Part shown: one piece after another, positions 27,401 through 43,105 of the stretch
Layout of the letters: each line of letters begins with the position of its first letter
Numbering within the stretch: position 1 is the stretch's first letter
Source: Spironucleus salmonicida
Lineage: Eukaryota
Assembly (NCBI RefSeq): GCF_000497125.1
Contig: NC_090599.1
Span: forward strand, 310,001-374,000
Direction of reading: 5' to 3'
DNA: 64,000 nt
The notes under the pieces: model-generated
Databases searched by the model: none
The model's input: the letters and a program-made list of their open reading frames with translations, nothing else
Told to the model about the DNA's origin: nothing
Translations under genes and position numbers: made by a program

Positions 27401-30400
27401 TAGTTTTCTGGGGAATTAGGATTAGCTTCTCCTGATTATTTATTAGCAGCCGCTACTATCATGAGTAAGCCACTGTATGATGAATTATTAATAATTTCAG
27501 AAGCAGAATTAATTTTTTTATAATAGTATATTTTGTCTATTGAAGGAACTGGCAATGAAGATTCATAAAAAAAGATAATCGTTGCCACTGATATATTAGT
27601 ATAATGTACAGTTTTATTCTAATAGGTAAACCTATGTATGGATTCATAAATTTTATTAGATGGTGCTTTAATTAATGTCTAATAATATATTCTTAAAACA
27701 CTGAGAATATTGTATTATATTATAAGATAGTACATTTTAATGAATTAAAGTATTAAAATTGATTCTAATCAATAGACAAATATCCATTTAACAAAATTTT
27801 AAATGACTAATTTTATACTTATGCAATCAATCTGTATTTTATCTAACTAAATATCTAATTTATAAATTACTTAAGATTCATGGATCTATTTAGATTAAAA
27901 TTAAGCCCAAATTAATTTATTTGATTTATTACTCGGTTTGTTAACATAATATTATCAATAGTTATAAGATGATTTTATTAGATAGCTTGTGTTGTAATCA
28001 ATAAAATAATTTTTGGTATTGATAGATACTTAACCTTCATAAATTAAAAAATCGTATGATTTATAATTTATTTTTGCGATTCATACTTTCTCACCCTTTA
28101 GTGCTGATCAGTTAAACAGAATTATTAGCAGCGGATATATTAATAATATGCCTTTGCAACAGTATCTGTAGTAACTTTTATCCATGGATTAGTGTCAATT
28201 AGTTTTATAATCTTTTATTAGTTTATCAATGAATCAAATAAATAATAAAAATATTTATCAAAAGTCTTAATTTATAAATAATATACTTAATCCAAATATA
28301 TTTAATATAGAAAAAGGTCTTATTTTTGTACTATGTTTCATTAAATAGTATGAATCTCAATGTTAAGAATTAATATAGAATATAATAACATTTAATTAAA
28401 GATTTAATATCTCGCAATAAATCTTAGAAATATTTAAAGATTTGCTAATTATTTATTAGTTTTTAGTTCAAATGAAATCAGATTAAGTGTATTCTTAAGC
28501 TATGTTGTTTCTAGATGAATTATACTATGCAACATTATAAGCTATATATCACTTATTTTCAAAAGTAAATTTAGTATAAGAGTCTTTTGCTATTAAATTT
28601 TTAGATATTATTTTTAAATACATAACAATATCCGATATGTTTTGGTTAGTGGAGACTCAAATAACTTTAGAATAACCATTTTTAGAATTATCAAAGCAAT
28701 AAACCTTTGAAATAAGTAAAATATTAATATAACTTCTTCCAATTTTATGTGTATCAGATAAAAATGATAAATTTATAGTTAACTATTCTCTACACACACT
28801 TACAGGATAATATTACACTCCAGATTCAGTAATTAGAATTCTTATTTTAGTTTAATCACTTTACATAGCAAATCCTATGCGTATTATTGAAGACTTTAAC
28901 AATATGTTGTTTAAACATCCGACTTAAGCTGCTATAGTTATATTTTCATTATCATATAAAAATCTATAGGAAGTACCTATATTTTATCAATATTTATTTA
29001 AAACAAAGTTAAATTTTAATAAGCATTTCGATAAATATCTTTTTGAAGTAGGATCTTCAAATATTTCGGATGATTCTGAATCCTCTGAATCTGCAGAAGA
29101 ATCAAACACGTTCTCTAAAAAACGCCTAAAATTTGGAGAGGATAATTTATATCGCATAATTAAAAAATATATTAACGAAGAGTAAAAATATCCATCTTTA
29201 GAAAAGGATGTTAATGAATATAAGAACAATACGAATAGCTTTATTTTATCCGGGTTAAAATCTTTATTCTTAACAAATCTATTATGCAAAAAAGACATAT
29301 ATTCTTTCATAGCACATGCAATTTAAATTATACTACCAATCAATCCATACATTCCTTAAGATAAAGATGATTATATTTAAGTTTGTTTTTAAGTCCACTG
29401 TAGAGCGACAGCAGATTTTTGTGGATATCAATTTGCCCCACAAGAGTTTTTATTCTAATAATATAATCTTTCAAATGTTAAGTATTAATTAAATATAAGA
29501 TTGGCTAAAAAATATATTGAATCTATGAGAAATGCATACTTTTTCGATAACAATCATTTAGTAACGTTATAATATGTTTAGAATATTTCAGGTTCTTAGT
29601 TTACAGTTTAACCAAGAACAGATGCCTGTAAGACTATAACATTTTAATGTCTATTTCCATAAGTACTTAGGCAAGTGTTTCCAAATATGTGGCCTGAGTT
29701 TTTACTAATAAATGTAGATGTTATTTTTTAACAAATAAACGAATTTATAACTGGTGAATAAACGTAGACAAGTCTAAATTTACCACCTGCCTTATAATCA
29801 ATTGAAATATAATGGTATTTATCGAAATCTTATAAAGACTAAGAGAAAAACTGGAATAATCAAAAAATGTAGAATCTTAACTTACTAGTTGCTATTATCC
29901 ATTAATTATCTTTGTCTAGAGATGATTCATTTACCCCGACAAATGGACTTGTAAAATCAGTGTATGATATTCATTTGTTTTTAGTTTAAAACATAAATAT
30001 AATACCACAAAAAGATAAAACAATAGTAATGATGAGATCTTTAGATGCTATATAATATTTACTAACTTCTCCTAAATCAATTATATCATAATTATTTCCA
30101 TAAATAATACCATAAACAGCAATTCAGTTACCAAAAGCAGAAATTGGAATATATTGTGCAAGGCTATCTGGTCATTTATTATCATAAAATATTTGCGTCA
30201 CTCCATAAGCTGTTTTATTATATGCAGCTCTATTTATGATGATTGGTAAAGATTTACATGGGTTTTAGTTTATATTAAAACATTAAGGATATTTCTTATA
30301 TAGCATTGATAAAGATAAACTTGAAGAAATTGATAAAAAATGTCAAGTTGAAGATGGTGATTAAATTATCAAAGAAGTGTACTATGAGTTATGTAAGTTT

Positions 30401-30460
30401 TATTAGCTAGAAGTTGTCGTGGGTGAAATGTTAAAAGAAAAAATAAAAGAAATAGAATGA
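24431..30460 (+). CDS. Very large hypothetical protein, about 2009 aa
   Basis: ATG at 24431 and TGA at 30458 are in frame; coding-like where spot-checked; no family recognised. Confidence 0.65.
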
Positions 30461-30508
30461 TTAATATATTATTTAATTTTATGTATTATTTCTTTACAAA
30501 ATTTTAAA

Positions 30509-32890
<2,382 letters not shown>

Positions 32891-33100
32891 TATTTTAGGT
32901 TTTATTTATTGATATTTTATAGAGTTAACCTATGCGCTAATGATTGACTGATTAAGTTTAATATTGCATAACATAATTATTAGAAAATTAATCAAGAATA
33001 AAATTCGTTATTTGCTTTTTTAAGATACTAAAAATTATTAAAATCTTTTAATTGAAATATTTAGATAATATATAATATCACTTCTAATTAACCTGCTATA

Positions 33101-34966
33101 TCATTTTATGTCCTGTAATCTTACAACGCTAGGATCTTGATTTTAATTACAGAGCTCTTCTTCTAATAATATTTTATCCTCCAAATTTACCATATCCTAA
33201 TCAAACTCTTATTAGGTTTCAAAAATCTTAATCTTTTCATACTATTATACTTTAGGTAATTATTATAGCTTCCACTCCACTTAACTAGGATTCTATCGCA
33301 TTAGTTATTAAATTTCCTAAATTTCGCGTTTCTCACTTGGTAATTCCATCCAGTCATTTTCTATCTGAACTTCCGGCGCCATTTATAGCTTACCTAACAA
33401 ATAGCTAATTTTACTGAAATTTGATGTAACCTACTAAGAATTTTTATATCGCTCCAATTCACTTTCTATGAAATTTTAAGAAAACACCATTATTTAAGGT
33501 GATATTTTTTCGAAAAACTCCAATTCAACAATTCTATTAATCAAATTTTTCTTTAATTACTAAGGTAAAGGAAGGGGATTCAAAGTAGAATAAATCTGTG
33601 ATGCAGCAAAATAGTTCCCTTGTGTGATAAGGAAATCATTCAGTTTTATAGGAGAGGCTTAGAATTTTAATACCAAGTCAGGATCTTCTTCCTGAAAAAG
33701 ATCTTGACATTCAATATTTTCAACATTGATAATTTCTGATCTAGAAGAATCTTGAATGTTAATTGCATTAAAATAAACTTGAAGATCTATTAAAGATGGT
33801 TCTTTATCTTTAATTCTATTATTTTTAATATATTTATTGTATTGAGAACCTATTATTAGACATGTACCTATTGAAAGATCTGTAACTAAATAAATAAATC
33901 TAGGATCAAAAATATATTATTTATTGCTATTTACAAGTTTAGTTTCAGTTTTCTTTAGCAAGTATAATTTTTATGATTTTTACAGTACTGAAAAACGGAA
34001 AACTACAGGTTACGTTGAGACTCTAGATGTCATTTCGCATTTAACAAAATGTGATCCTTAAATATCACGAATTGCAGAGTCCTTTTCAATAGCAGTTTGT
34101 AGATCTACAATATTTTGAATTTAATACTTAAATTTTTATTACAGACATTTTTACTGCTTAGTGAAGCAAGAATGCCGATCTCGCCACCAATTACAAAGTT
34201 AGTAAATAAATCCCGTATTTGGAGATACAACAGGCCTACGAACTCTAGTATGAGCATAAGATTCCTCATAAGTCATATCATTTATAAACATAAGATATGC
34301 AATAACTACAGATGCTGATCTGGATACACCTTAATAACAGTGAATTAAAATATTTTCGTTTTTAGATCTAGCATCTTGAATAAAGCAAAATGCGTTATAA
34401 AAAATATTTGTAATATTTTCCCAAGCCGCATCTTTTAACAAAAGAATAAGATTGTTTATATTTGGATCACATGGTTTCATCATACAGTCTCCACATAAAT
34501 TTAGGATGTATGTGATCTTATTATCTTTAAGCATTTATGGATCAGATGCAGGAATAATTCCAGATAGATACATGAAGTCAGTAATTTAGCTCATTACAGG
34601 TGCATATTTGTCGATTTTATTTTATTTTTATGTACGTACTGTTGCTAGACTACCCGCAGATGATTTAGAAGAATTTCTCTAAGAATTAATATTGAGAGCA
34701 GTTTAAATATTAAGTTTGATACCAAATCCACCAATAAATTTACTTATTGCTGGTATTGGTTCTTTTGGTTATATTTAAACATATTCGCTAGACTCAGATG
34801 GCTCGGAATCTTTCTATGTATTACTTGATTACTATATTAATGCAGTCTAAAGGTAATAAAATCTATCTGGTATCAATGGCTTAAAAGTATCTGTCTCTAA
34901 GAAAGTGCAAAGATCATTAAAGAAACCTTCTTTTCGTTAAGGTTAAGTAGAAAGTTTGAATTACAT
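33101..34966 (-). CDS. Dual-specificity protein phosphatase, 621 aa
   Basis: ILIHCY-Q(TAA)[14 protein letters not shown] catalytic motif. Confidence 0.88.
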
Positions 34967-35010
34967 ATGGAAAAACCATAGAAGTAATATTATATATAAA
35001 TTAATTAAGA

Positions 35011-35721
35011 TCACTATTCTTTTACTGAATTAGTAAAGTCTTCTTTAACTTAATCAATGTTTAATTTTGGTGCTGAATTTATAGTCTCTGGATTTTTTCT
35101 TACTTATTACGCCTTTAATTTAGTTGATGACATAAAAGTATTAACTTTTTCTTTGATTTTATTAAGATCTTCCTCATTTTTTAAATACTTATTCCCCCAG
35201 ATCATCCCCTACAATATTAATGACACTATAATTAATACAAATTAAAGTGATAAACATCTAGAAACAATATACATAACAAAAAGTATAGCTACTTATTTAG
35301 CTATCTAAACTTAATTTTAGCTTGAAAAAAATTATCTAAGTTTAAGAGTAATTAAGCTCGAAAGCTCTAAAGATGCGCTGAAGTCATAATCTCTATGATC
35401 TTAAGGTAATTATTTTTCTAAGAATGGTTTAAGTATAAATGAATAAACATGATTAAAAATAACAAAAAGTGCGATGATAGAGACTATGTTTGTAAGAAGA
35501 TTTTCACTAACACATTATGAAAGTAAAACTATGCACAACTAAAACGCTGATACTGCTGCTATAGCTAACATATTACCATTGAACGCTTATGGGAATATCT
35601 AGCATAGAACAACATAGTCTTATAACATAGATTACTAACTATTTTTCATTTCATTAAACTAATTAGAATCCACTGTTTGATAGAATTTACTATATTATTG
35701 CTTGTATAACTTAGCAATCAT
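35011..35721 (-). CDS. Membrane protein with two long hydrophobic segments (reticulon-like topology), 236 aa
   Basis: Code-6 ORF MIAKLYKQQY...FTNSVKEQ*; ends TAGTGA. Confidence 0.6.
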
Positions 35722-35853
35722 TTTAGAGGTTAGATACTATATTTTTATATATTGGATAATAATCAATTCAATTTTATAATTAAACTTATTTTAAATCTTG
35801 TATATTATTAATATTATATCAGTAATAATGTATATGAGGCTACCATTTCTTAT

Positions 35854-36285
35854 ATGTCTGACTCAGAGTCGTTAAATATTGCCGATTAATAACTATTAGA
35901 AAAAGAAGAGTTTAAATCTAATGACCCTAATATGATGTAGTTCTTAATTGAGAATGGACCAATTAATCATAATATAGTTTAAAAATTTGACTCAGAATTA
36001 GATCTTTTGCGTTCGCTTAATGGTTTCCGCGAATTCGTGAACCCTAATGATCTTCATTTTAATTATTATTTTGATGAAGATTCGTGGGCGTTGTATTCCA
36101 AAATGTAAGGTGCAATGCGCCTTGAACTTACAGAGTTTCGTTCTTATTTTGAAAAAAGTAGTTCTCACTTAAAAGAAAAATCTTTAATGGGTTACTATTA
36201 TGAAATGGGCTGTATTTAGACTTAAGATGCAAGGCCTTAAGATTATGATAACAAAGGACGAAGATTACAAGGAAGAAGATAGTGA
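35854..36285 (+). CDS. Fip1-motif protein (putative polyadenylation factor), 143 aa
   Basis: HFNYYFDEDSWALYSKMQGAMR resembles the Fip1 core YFNYGFNEDTWxxYCxKQ. Confidence 0.6.
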
Positions 36286-36300
36286 TCATTTATACATCAA

Positions 36301-37614
36301 TCAAAAGTCGAGTAAATCAGCACCTGAAATCTTAGGTTTCTATGATTAAGCTTATGGTTTAACTTATTAATGATGATTACTCTATACTTAAACTGGTGCT
36401 TGTTGTGTACTTGCTTATCCTACCATATCCGCAAACATATCAAAAGATGAAGACTTCGGCTATTATTTCTATTATTACTATGGTTATACAAATGCATTAG
36501 GCTAGAATGATTACTAGGCTGGCTAAAATGTTTATTGAGTAGGTTAGAATTGTGATTACACAGGTTAATATGAGTGTTAAGCAGGTTAAAATGTTTAAGG
36601 GGTAAATGTGGGCTGTTATTATGTCAAAGGCTATTATTACTATTAGACTTAAGGCTAAAATGTAGGAGTGAATTGTTATGGTGTGGAGTTGAATACTGGC
36701 TATTCGACAGTATTTTAAACTTAAACCTACGCTACTGGCTAAGATTGTTGGGATGGGGTAGGGCCGAACATATCATCAAAGAAATCAGTTGCAGCTGGCG
36801 GAACTAGCTGAGAAGCCGTCTAAATTTACGCTTACTACACAATTTCATGTTATAAAGGTACTTATTATGCAGATTAAACTGCTTACTATGGGACTTCTTA
36901 TTATATAGGTTACTACATTATTTGAGGTGGTGGTGGAGCTTAGGTAAATGGTTATTAGTTTGGTAGTTAGTACTATTATGGTGCTTAAACTTATTACTGG
37001 TGCATTTATTGCATCATTGGATTCTAATTCATTTATTGCATCATAGGATTTTGATACATCTACTACATCATTGGTTATTATTACATCATTGACGGCTACT
37101 GAATCATAGGTGTTAATTATTATGTTGAATTTGATTATGATGATTATTACATTTATGGTTACTATTATTACTAGACTTAAGCCAACTCTTATGTATTAAC
37201 TTCTTGTATAGCCTGATTACCTGAAGGATATTATGCTTACGCTTCTTAAGTCCATCGTCTTGTCTCATATTTCATTTGAATAAAATCTCTTGCACGTGCA
37301 GTATCATCATTGCTGGCATTAGGAAGAGGGAACTATTAAGAATTCCAACCTACAAAATACAATTCACCATCATGTTTATTTCCTTAAATATTTGCAACTT
37401 CTTCTGCTTTCCATTTTGATCCCGTAATAGATTTGACACGATATGCAAATTCACGATGAATTGCTGAACAACGAGTACATATAAAAGTTCCAAAATCGAT
37501 ACAAATATATGGTACAGCCAACGATGCACAATTAGCACAACGCTTATTATCCTGAATTTTGCGCAGAGCCTCTAACTACTTTTTAAGTTTTTCTTATTCG
37601 CGGTCTAATGACAT
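36301..37614 (-). CDS. ArfGAP, AGFG-type, with a Gln/Pro/Phe-rich tail, 437 aa
   Basis: NKRCANCASLAVPYICIDFGTFICTRCSAIHREFAYRVKSI...RDFIQMKYETRRW. Confidence 0.9.
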
Positions 37615-37735
37615 TTTTGATTAGGAAAGAAAGGAAACTTTATTAATTATCTGCTATATAATATTGTATACTTAGATGCTAAAAAATCTTTATAATTTAT
37701 TGGTATTTTAATTTTTATATAAAATAATGAAAATT

Positions 37736-38326
37736 TCACTATCCAGAACACGTAGTTTTTTTATTACCTTTAATCCACTTATATTATGTAGAAAAATCGG
37801 CACCTGGACATTACGTTAAATCTGTATCAACTTAACCTGATTATAGTATCAAAAAATCTATTACATATTCAAATTATTCTTTTTGCGATGGGACCATATG
37901 TAAATTCATTTATGTAAATATCTTTTATACATCCGGTTTTATTATTTAGCTCTATTTCTCACCTATAATAATGATTGGAATCATTCTAGTTACTAGTTAT
38001 AAATCTTTAGGAAGTTATTTTAATGAAAAAGCTAATTGTTACTACTATGCAACTTGCTAAGGTAGTAATATAAAAATAGCCGATGGCTAATACAATTCTA
38101 AATTTTATTTAACAAAAAAATCATGGGAACATATTTATTTACCAATAATATTAATTCTGATGCGTTTGGATTATCTTGTTATTTCAATATTATAAGGAAC
38201 ATCCTAATATAAGGAAATAATATCATCATTTGATATAGTTGGTACCATAGGCTTTATAAGTTATATTAATTAGTCGATATCAGTTATAAATGGGTTTGCA
38301 AAAACAAAGTTAAATATATAATCCAT
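37736..38326 (-). CDS. Hypothetical protein, 196 aa, with C-terminal KKTTCSGQ
   Basis: Code-6 ORF ending TAGTGA; contains IPIIIIGEK. Confidence 0.55.
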
Positions 38327-38451
38327 ATTATAAGAATTTTTCTATATGTATAATAATGTAAATACAATATAAATTTTTAGGACATTAAAATTACTATATA
38401 ATATTATAAATTTCATTGCTTTTTAATTTTCATTTCCACTCCACGTCGCTA

Positions 38452-38877
38452 ATGTCCAAGAGAGGAAGAGGTGGTTCTATTGGTACTAAATTACGTATTA
38501 CTTGCGGTCTCCCCGTTGGTGCCGTTATCAACTGTGCTGACAACTCAGGTGCTAAGTCTCTTAACATCATCTCAGTAGCTGGATGGAAGGGTCGTCTTAA
38601 CAGATATCCCATGGCCTCAGTTGGTGATATGGTTCTTATTACCGTTGGTCGTGATGGTAAGCCTGAACTCAGAAAGAAGGTTACTCCTGCGGTTGTTATC
38701 CGCCAGAAAAAGGTTTTCAGAAGAAAGGATGGTAACTGGATTTACTTTGAAGATAATGCAGCTGTTATTGTTAACCCTAAGGGTGAACTTAAGGGTTCTT
38801 CTATCAATGGCCCCGTATCTAAGGAAGCTGCCGAAAGATGGCCAAAGATTTCTACCGCCGCTCCTTGCGTTTACTGA
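38452..38877 (+). CDS. RPL23: 60S ribosomal protein L23 (uL14)
   Basis: [35 protein letters not shown]...[15 protein letters not shown]. Confidence 0.98.
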   Translation: MSKRGRGGSIGTKLRITCGLPVGAVINCADNSGAKSLNIISVAGWKGRLNRYPMASVGDMVLITVGRDGKPELRKKVTPAVVIRQKKVFRRKDGNWIYFEDNAAVIVNPKGELKGSSINGPVSKEAAERWPKISTAAPCVY

Positions 38878-38908
38878 TTGTTTAATATTGGATAATAATT
38901 TAATTTGA

Positions 38909-39436
38909 TCACATAAACCACATCGCGATTCTCAATACTTGTTCAAGCCCAACTGTTATTTCACCCTTATCTTAATGATCCCATTCAACAAAAAGTTTCC
39001 TACCTAACAGACACATAGATGAAATAGAGTAAAATTATTCTAACCCGATAGAACCTTGACCAAAGTTCTCACATAAGGCAATTATAGCTGATTTTGTAAA
39101 GTTAAGATTCAACTCTAATAAGGCTTGCTTAATCTCAGGAATAGACATCGACTAAGCTTGATTATTGTTTCTAAAAGCTTCGTTTACACACAAAACAAAC
39201 GCATAAAGTGATGAAAACTATTCCTAATCTAACTAACACTAAGACGAAAAAACTCTGGACAGCAATTTTGCTGCAGAAGCCGGAAATTAAAAATTTGGAG
39301 TTGAAAATGCTTCTGATACTTCAACATAAGATATATATCCTGTGCCATCGGTATCTATTCTATTAAATTGCGTTTTTAACTGCTCTAAAATTTCGTTTGT
39401 AAGAGTATGACCATAATTCTTGATTATGAAGGACAT
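38909..39436 (-). CDS. EF-hand protein, penta-EF/PDCD6-like, 175 aa
   Basis: QFNRIDTDGTGYISYVEVSEAF EF-hand loop; length fits the penta-EF family. Confidence 0.65.
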
Positions 39437-39512
39437 CCGCAAAAATTTAATTTTTTAATTATAAAGTATTATGTTAAAATAAAATTTATTTATCTACCAC
39501 TTCCATTTTTTA

Positions 39513-41819
39513 ATGAAACTAAAATTATAGAAACTTCTTGTAAGTTCATCTGATGATTTGGCAGAATAGTTTTAAGAACATCCTGTTCTAAACTAATTAT
39601 TTAATTCTATAATTGAAAAACATTTTACAGGTGTTGATTTTTTCTTATAAACTCCTGATGCTATTTTAATCTATTTAGATGTTCCTAAAACTGATGAACT
39701 ATTGGCTGAATTATACTTATTTAAGTCCTAAATTTTAAATTAACTACATTTAGGCTTCCTATATCCACAAGTTTATAATGCAGTAATATTAGATTTAACA
39801 CCAGAGACAATCTAAATCTGTGCACCTTTCCATTATCCAAACATATAAACCATTGAAATTTCATAATTTTAAAATTTTCATGATAATGAAAACTTGTAAA
39901 AGGGTCTAAATGTTTAAATTATATATACTTCGGAGACATAACTATATATATGCTAAGGCTGCTCACCAAATTTGTAATTTTTATCAGAATCTGCTGACTT
40001 TATTGGAAATTTTATGGATTTAAATACTGATGAACAAAGAATTCGTAATTAGTTTGATGGAATAGGGGATACTCACCATACACCTTTTTCAATTGAGGCA
40101 TTGCCGTTTGAATCATTAGGCGACCCTCCACCGCCTGGAATACCATAATGGGAATCATAACCACTATTTTTTGATTAACCTTCATGGTCAAAATAATCTT
40201 TATCTCAACATCCTTCATAGTCAACTATGCGACTTTAACCATCATTTTCAGGTATAAGTTTAACTAATTAGCCAATTGAAATTATTCCAGATCCGGCATT
40301 TACAAAGTAAAGAATTCGCGGTAGAATTGATTTTCTTATTGAATAAGTAGGTGCTATTATAGTACCTAACTTTAATAGCATTCAGTCTTATGAACCACAT
40401 TCTATAGATGAAATTAGAAATTATAGATTGGAATAAGGCACTGGCTTAGTTGTGTGTTTTAATTTAGGCTGGTTTTCTTAGATTGGTGCTGATATACCAT
40501 CTAGAGGTGATATTGTTGAGTTTGAACTAGTTCCAGGATATGGATTTTCTGAATAGCATTCTACTTTAGGGAATGCAAAATCATCAACGTACCCTTTTAT
40601 AAATAATTTTGAGGAAAATAAGAACAATAAAATTGGCCAAACTTAAAAAAGGTAATAACTTTTTGCATCAGAAATAGATGAGTTTTATAAAAATAATGAT
40701 TTTGATATTGATGAATAAATAACATGTTCAGCTGACAAAATATAAGTTATCGAAAGAGTAAGTAGACCAGAAATAGCGAAAACATTAATGATTCACGGTA
40801 ATACTTATGAAGGAATTGTTTATACTTATAGTGATTAAGAAAACTACGGTTTTATAAAAAGCTTTGGATTATTGTAAGAGGGATATTCTTATTCATAAGG
40901 GTTTGAAGTTTATTTCAAAATATAACCACAAAAATCTAGTTTTATTCCAACAAGAGGGGATTTTGTGACTTTTAAGAGTCATTGGGTTGAAGATAAAGCA
41001 TAGGCTAGAGAAATTAAGTATTTAAGTACTCGAATTTCTGATACTTTTTCAGGTATATGCTTAGCCTTCTACCCTCCATTTGTTTTATTTTCCTGCGAAA
41101 CTGATTGCTAAAATCTATCAAACAATATATTTTTTAGTAAATGGAAATCGATACCACAATAAATACGTTAATATTTAAGAATAGGATCAAAGGTTCAATT
41201 TTAAATGGATACAGATATTTCTACATAATTTAGAGCAATAATTTTAGTTCCAGAAGCTAAAAAGTAGGGAGTATTTAGTCTATCCTATTCTCCTTCTTCG
41301 TTAGAAAAGGTCAAGCCTATAAATCCTTTCACATCTGGATTATTTTTAACGTAATTATAACCGATTCCTTTTATAAATGCAAAAATTGCCATATTAAGAC
41401 ATGTTAAATCTAACCTTGTTCCTAGAACTATCACCTCAGTTAGTCCAATAATTTACGCTGGAATGGAATTACCAGATATGGATTAAATTATATTAAATAC
41501 ATAATTACTAGTAGGTTAAACTGTCTTTTTAAATATAGATTTTGCTATTTAAGCCCCTATTGGTAACAATTAATATAGAATTCAGTTTGCATGTATATCA
41601 GAAAACTACGTGTTTTTTTCTACTTTAGAATCGAGTATTTATTTGGGTATTTCAAGATAGTCGATACCAGTTTGGGTTGTAGGTTTTCCTCAATATTTAA
41701 ATGTTTTATGGGCCTGGAAATTAGATGAATAGGTTGAGTCTGGACAATTTGATTGCGATGACGCATAATTTGATGCAATTTTAATAAACGGTATATTTTC
41801 GTTTTCAAAAGCTATGTGA
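39513..41819 (+). CDS. Protein with cold-shock (OB-fold)-like domain(s), 768 aa
   Basis: YEGIVYTYSDQENYGFIK...EVYFK...RGDFVTF...AREIK; start and stop in frame. Confidence 0.6.
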
Positions 41820-41855
41820 TTTAGTTTATCAATATTTAATATAAAAGTTAATCAA

Positions 41856-42287
41856 TCATCTGGCTCTCTTTTCACGCTTACCAGTGAAGAGGGCGTGGAT
41901 ACCAATACCACCAACCTTAATGACGATGAAACGGCACCCTGGGATATCACCAACTGTACGGCCAGAACGACCGAGAGAAGTAATGATAACTTACTCATTG
42001 TTATCGATGAAGTTGATGCAACCGTCACGAGGAACGAATGCAGTGATCTTCTTACCGTTTTTAGTGAGTTGTACACGGCAAGCTTTACGAACGGCTGAGT
42101 TAGGCTGTTTAGCAGAGATACCAACTTTCTAAGTAACGATTCCAGAGGCTTAGCAGGCACCAGCAAGAGGGTTAGCCTTGAGAGAAGCTAAGAAATGAGT
42201 CTTCTTGTATCCTTTATCAGCCCAACGGTTGATTCTGGAGGTGTTGACAAGCTTACGAGCAGCATTTATACCTGATGTGCGAGCCAT
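41856..42287 (-). CDS. RPS23: 40S ribosomal protein S23 (uS12), 143 aa
   Basis: AARKL...RWADKGYKK...[21 protein letters not shown]...AFVPRDG...GDIPGCRF. Confidence 0.97.
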
Positions 42288-42518
42288 TCGAGTGGAGTGG
42301 AAACGAAAAATTAAAATTAAAAGAATTAATAATATTATATAAATACTAAAGAATTATTTAAAATAATTAATGTCTCAATGAACTAGTAAGGTTAATTTTA
42401 GTTTAATAATTAGTTTATTTACGTTATAATTATTTGAAATAATTTCTAAGGTTACGTTATTCTGTAAAATATGTTATATTTGGGGTAATATAACATATTG
42501 TACTACATTTACACAATA

Positions 42519-42908
42519 ATGATAGTATAGCAGTTCAAGTACTTCTCTTCAACATTATCGTCGATCCACGAAACATCGGCCTTGCGCCCGGAAGCGCCCC
42601 TGCTGTATCTGACCTCCACCTTTTTCGACGGTCAGCACCCCTCGTTGGCCAGGAAATCTTTCGAGGTTCTACGCGGCAACTATGCTCTCCGGTCCCAGAT
42701 GAGGGGTCTCCAGTTCGCCGTGTTCGGGGTCGGCAACAGCGCCTTCACGTGGTTCTGCAGGGCAGCGTATGTGGCACGGGACGAGTTTGTGGGGTATGGT
42801 GCGGAGGAGATACTAGCGGTGCAGAGGTTCGATCGGAAGGGAGTAGATGACTTGGAGAGGGCGCTGCGGTGGTTCTGTGAATAGATGCTGGCGGCGTTGG
42901 GATGGTGA
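42519..42908 (+). pseudogene. Flavodoxin copy with a replaced N-terminus (no FMN phosphate-binding loop)
   Basis: MIVQQFKYF is fused to the body shared with 56819-57268; lacks YASERGYT. Confidence 0.6.
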
Positions 42909-43011
42909 TCTAGGGGAGTCTAGGGTGAACGGAATGGTATAAACTAAGTGGATTATATTGGTACGATGCGAAGTTTGCCTACACAACGGCGGCGGGCGGG
43001 ATGCATTGAGT
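42546..43011. repeat. Outer inverted repeat, left arm (partner 56716-57181)
   Basis: 466 bp, about five substitutions relative to the partner. Confidence 0.95.
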
Positions 43012-43105
43012 GGAGGAAGTAGAGAATACGAAATGACAACACTTATATGCATAAGTACAGTACTTTATTATTAAATATTGGTTTAGTAGTAAATTTAACA
43101 GTAAG

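Noticed and set aside
36400-37250. TTA/CTA-rich quasi-repeats
   Set aside because: Explained by Gln-rich low complexity in the ArfGAP tail; not a CRISPR array or satellite
42906-42908. Selenocysteine readthrough of the flavodoxin TGA
   Set aside because: The domain is complete at this stop and no SECIS was identified
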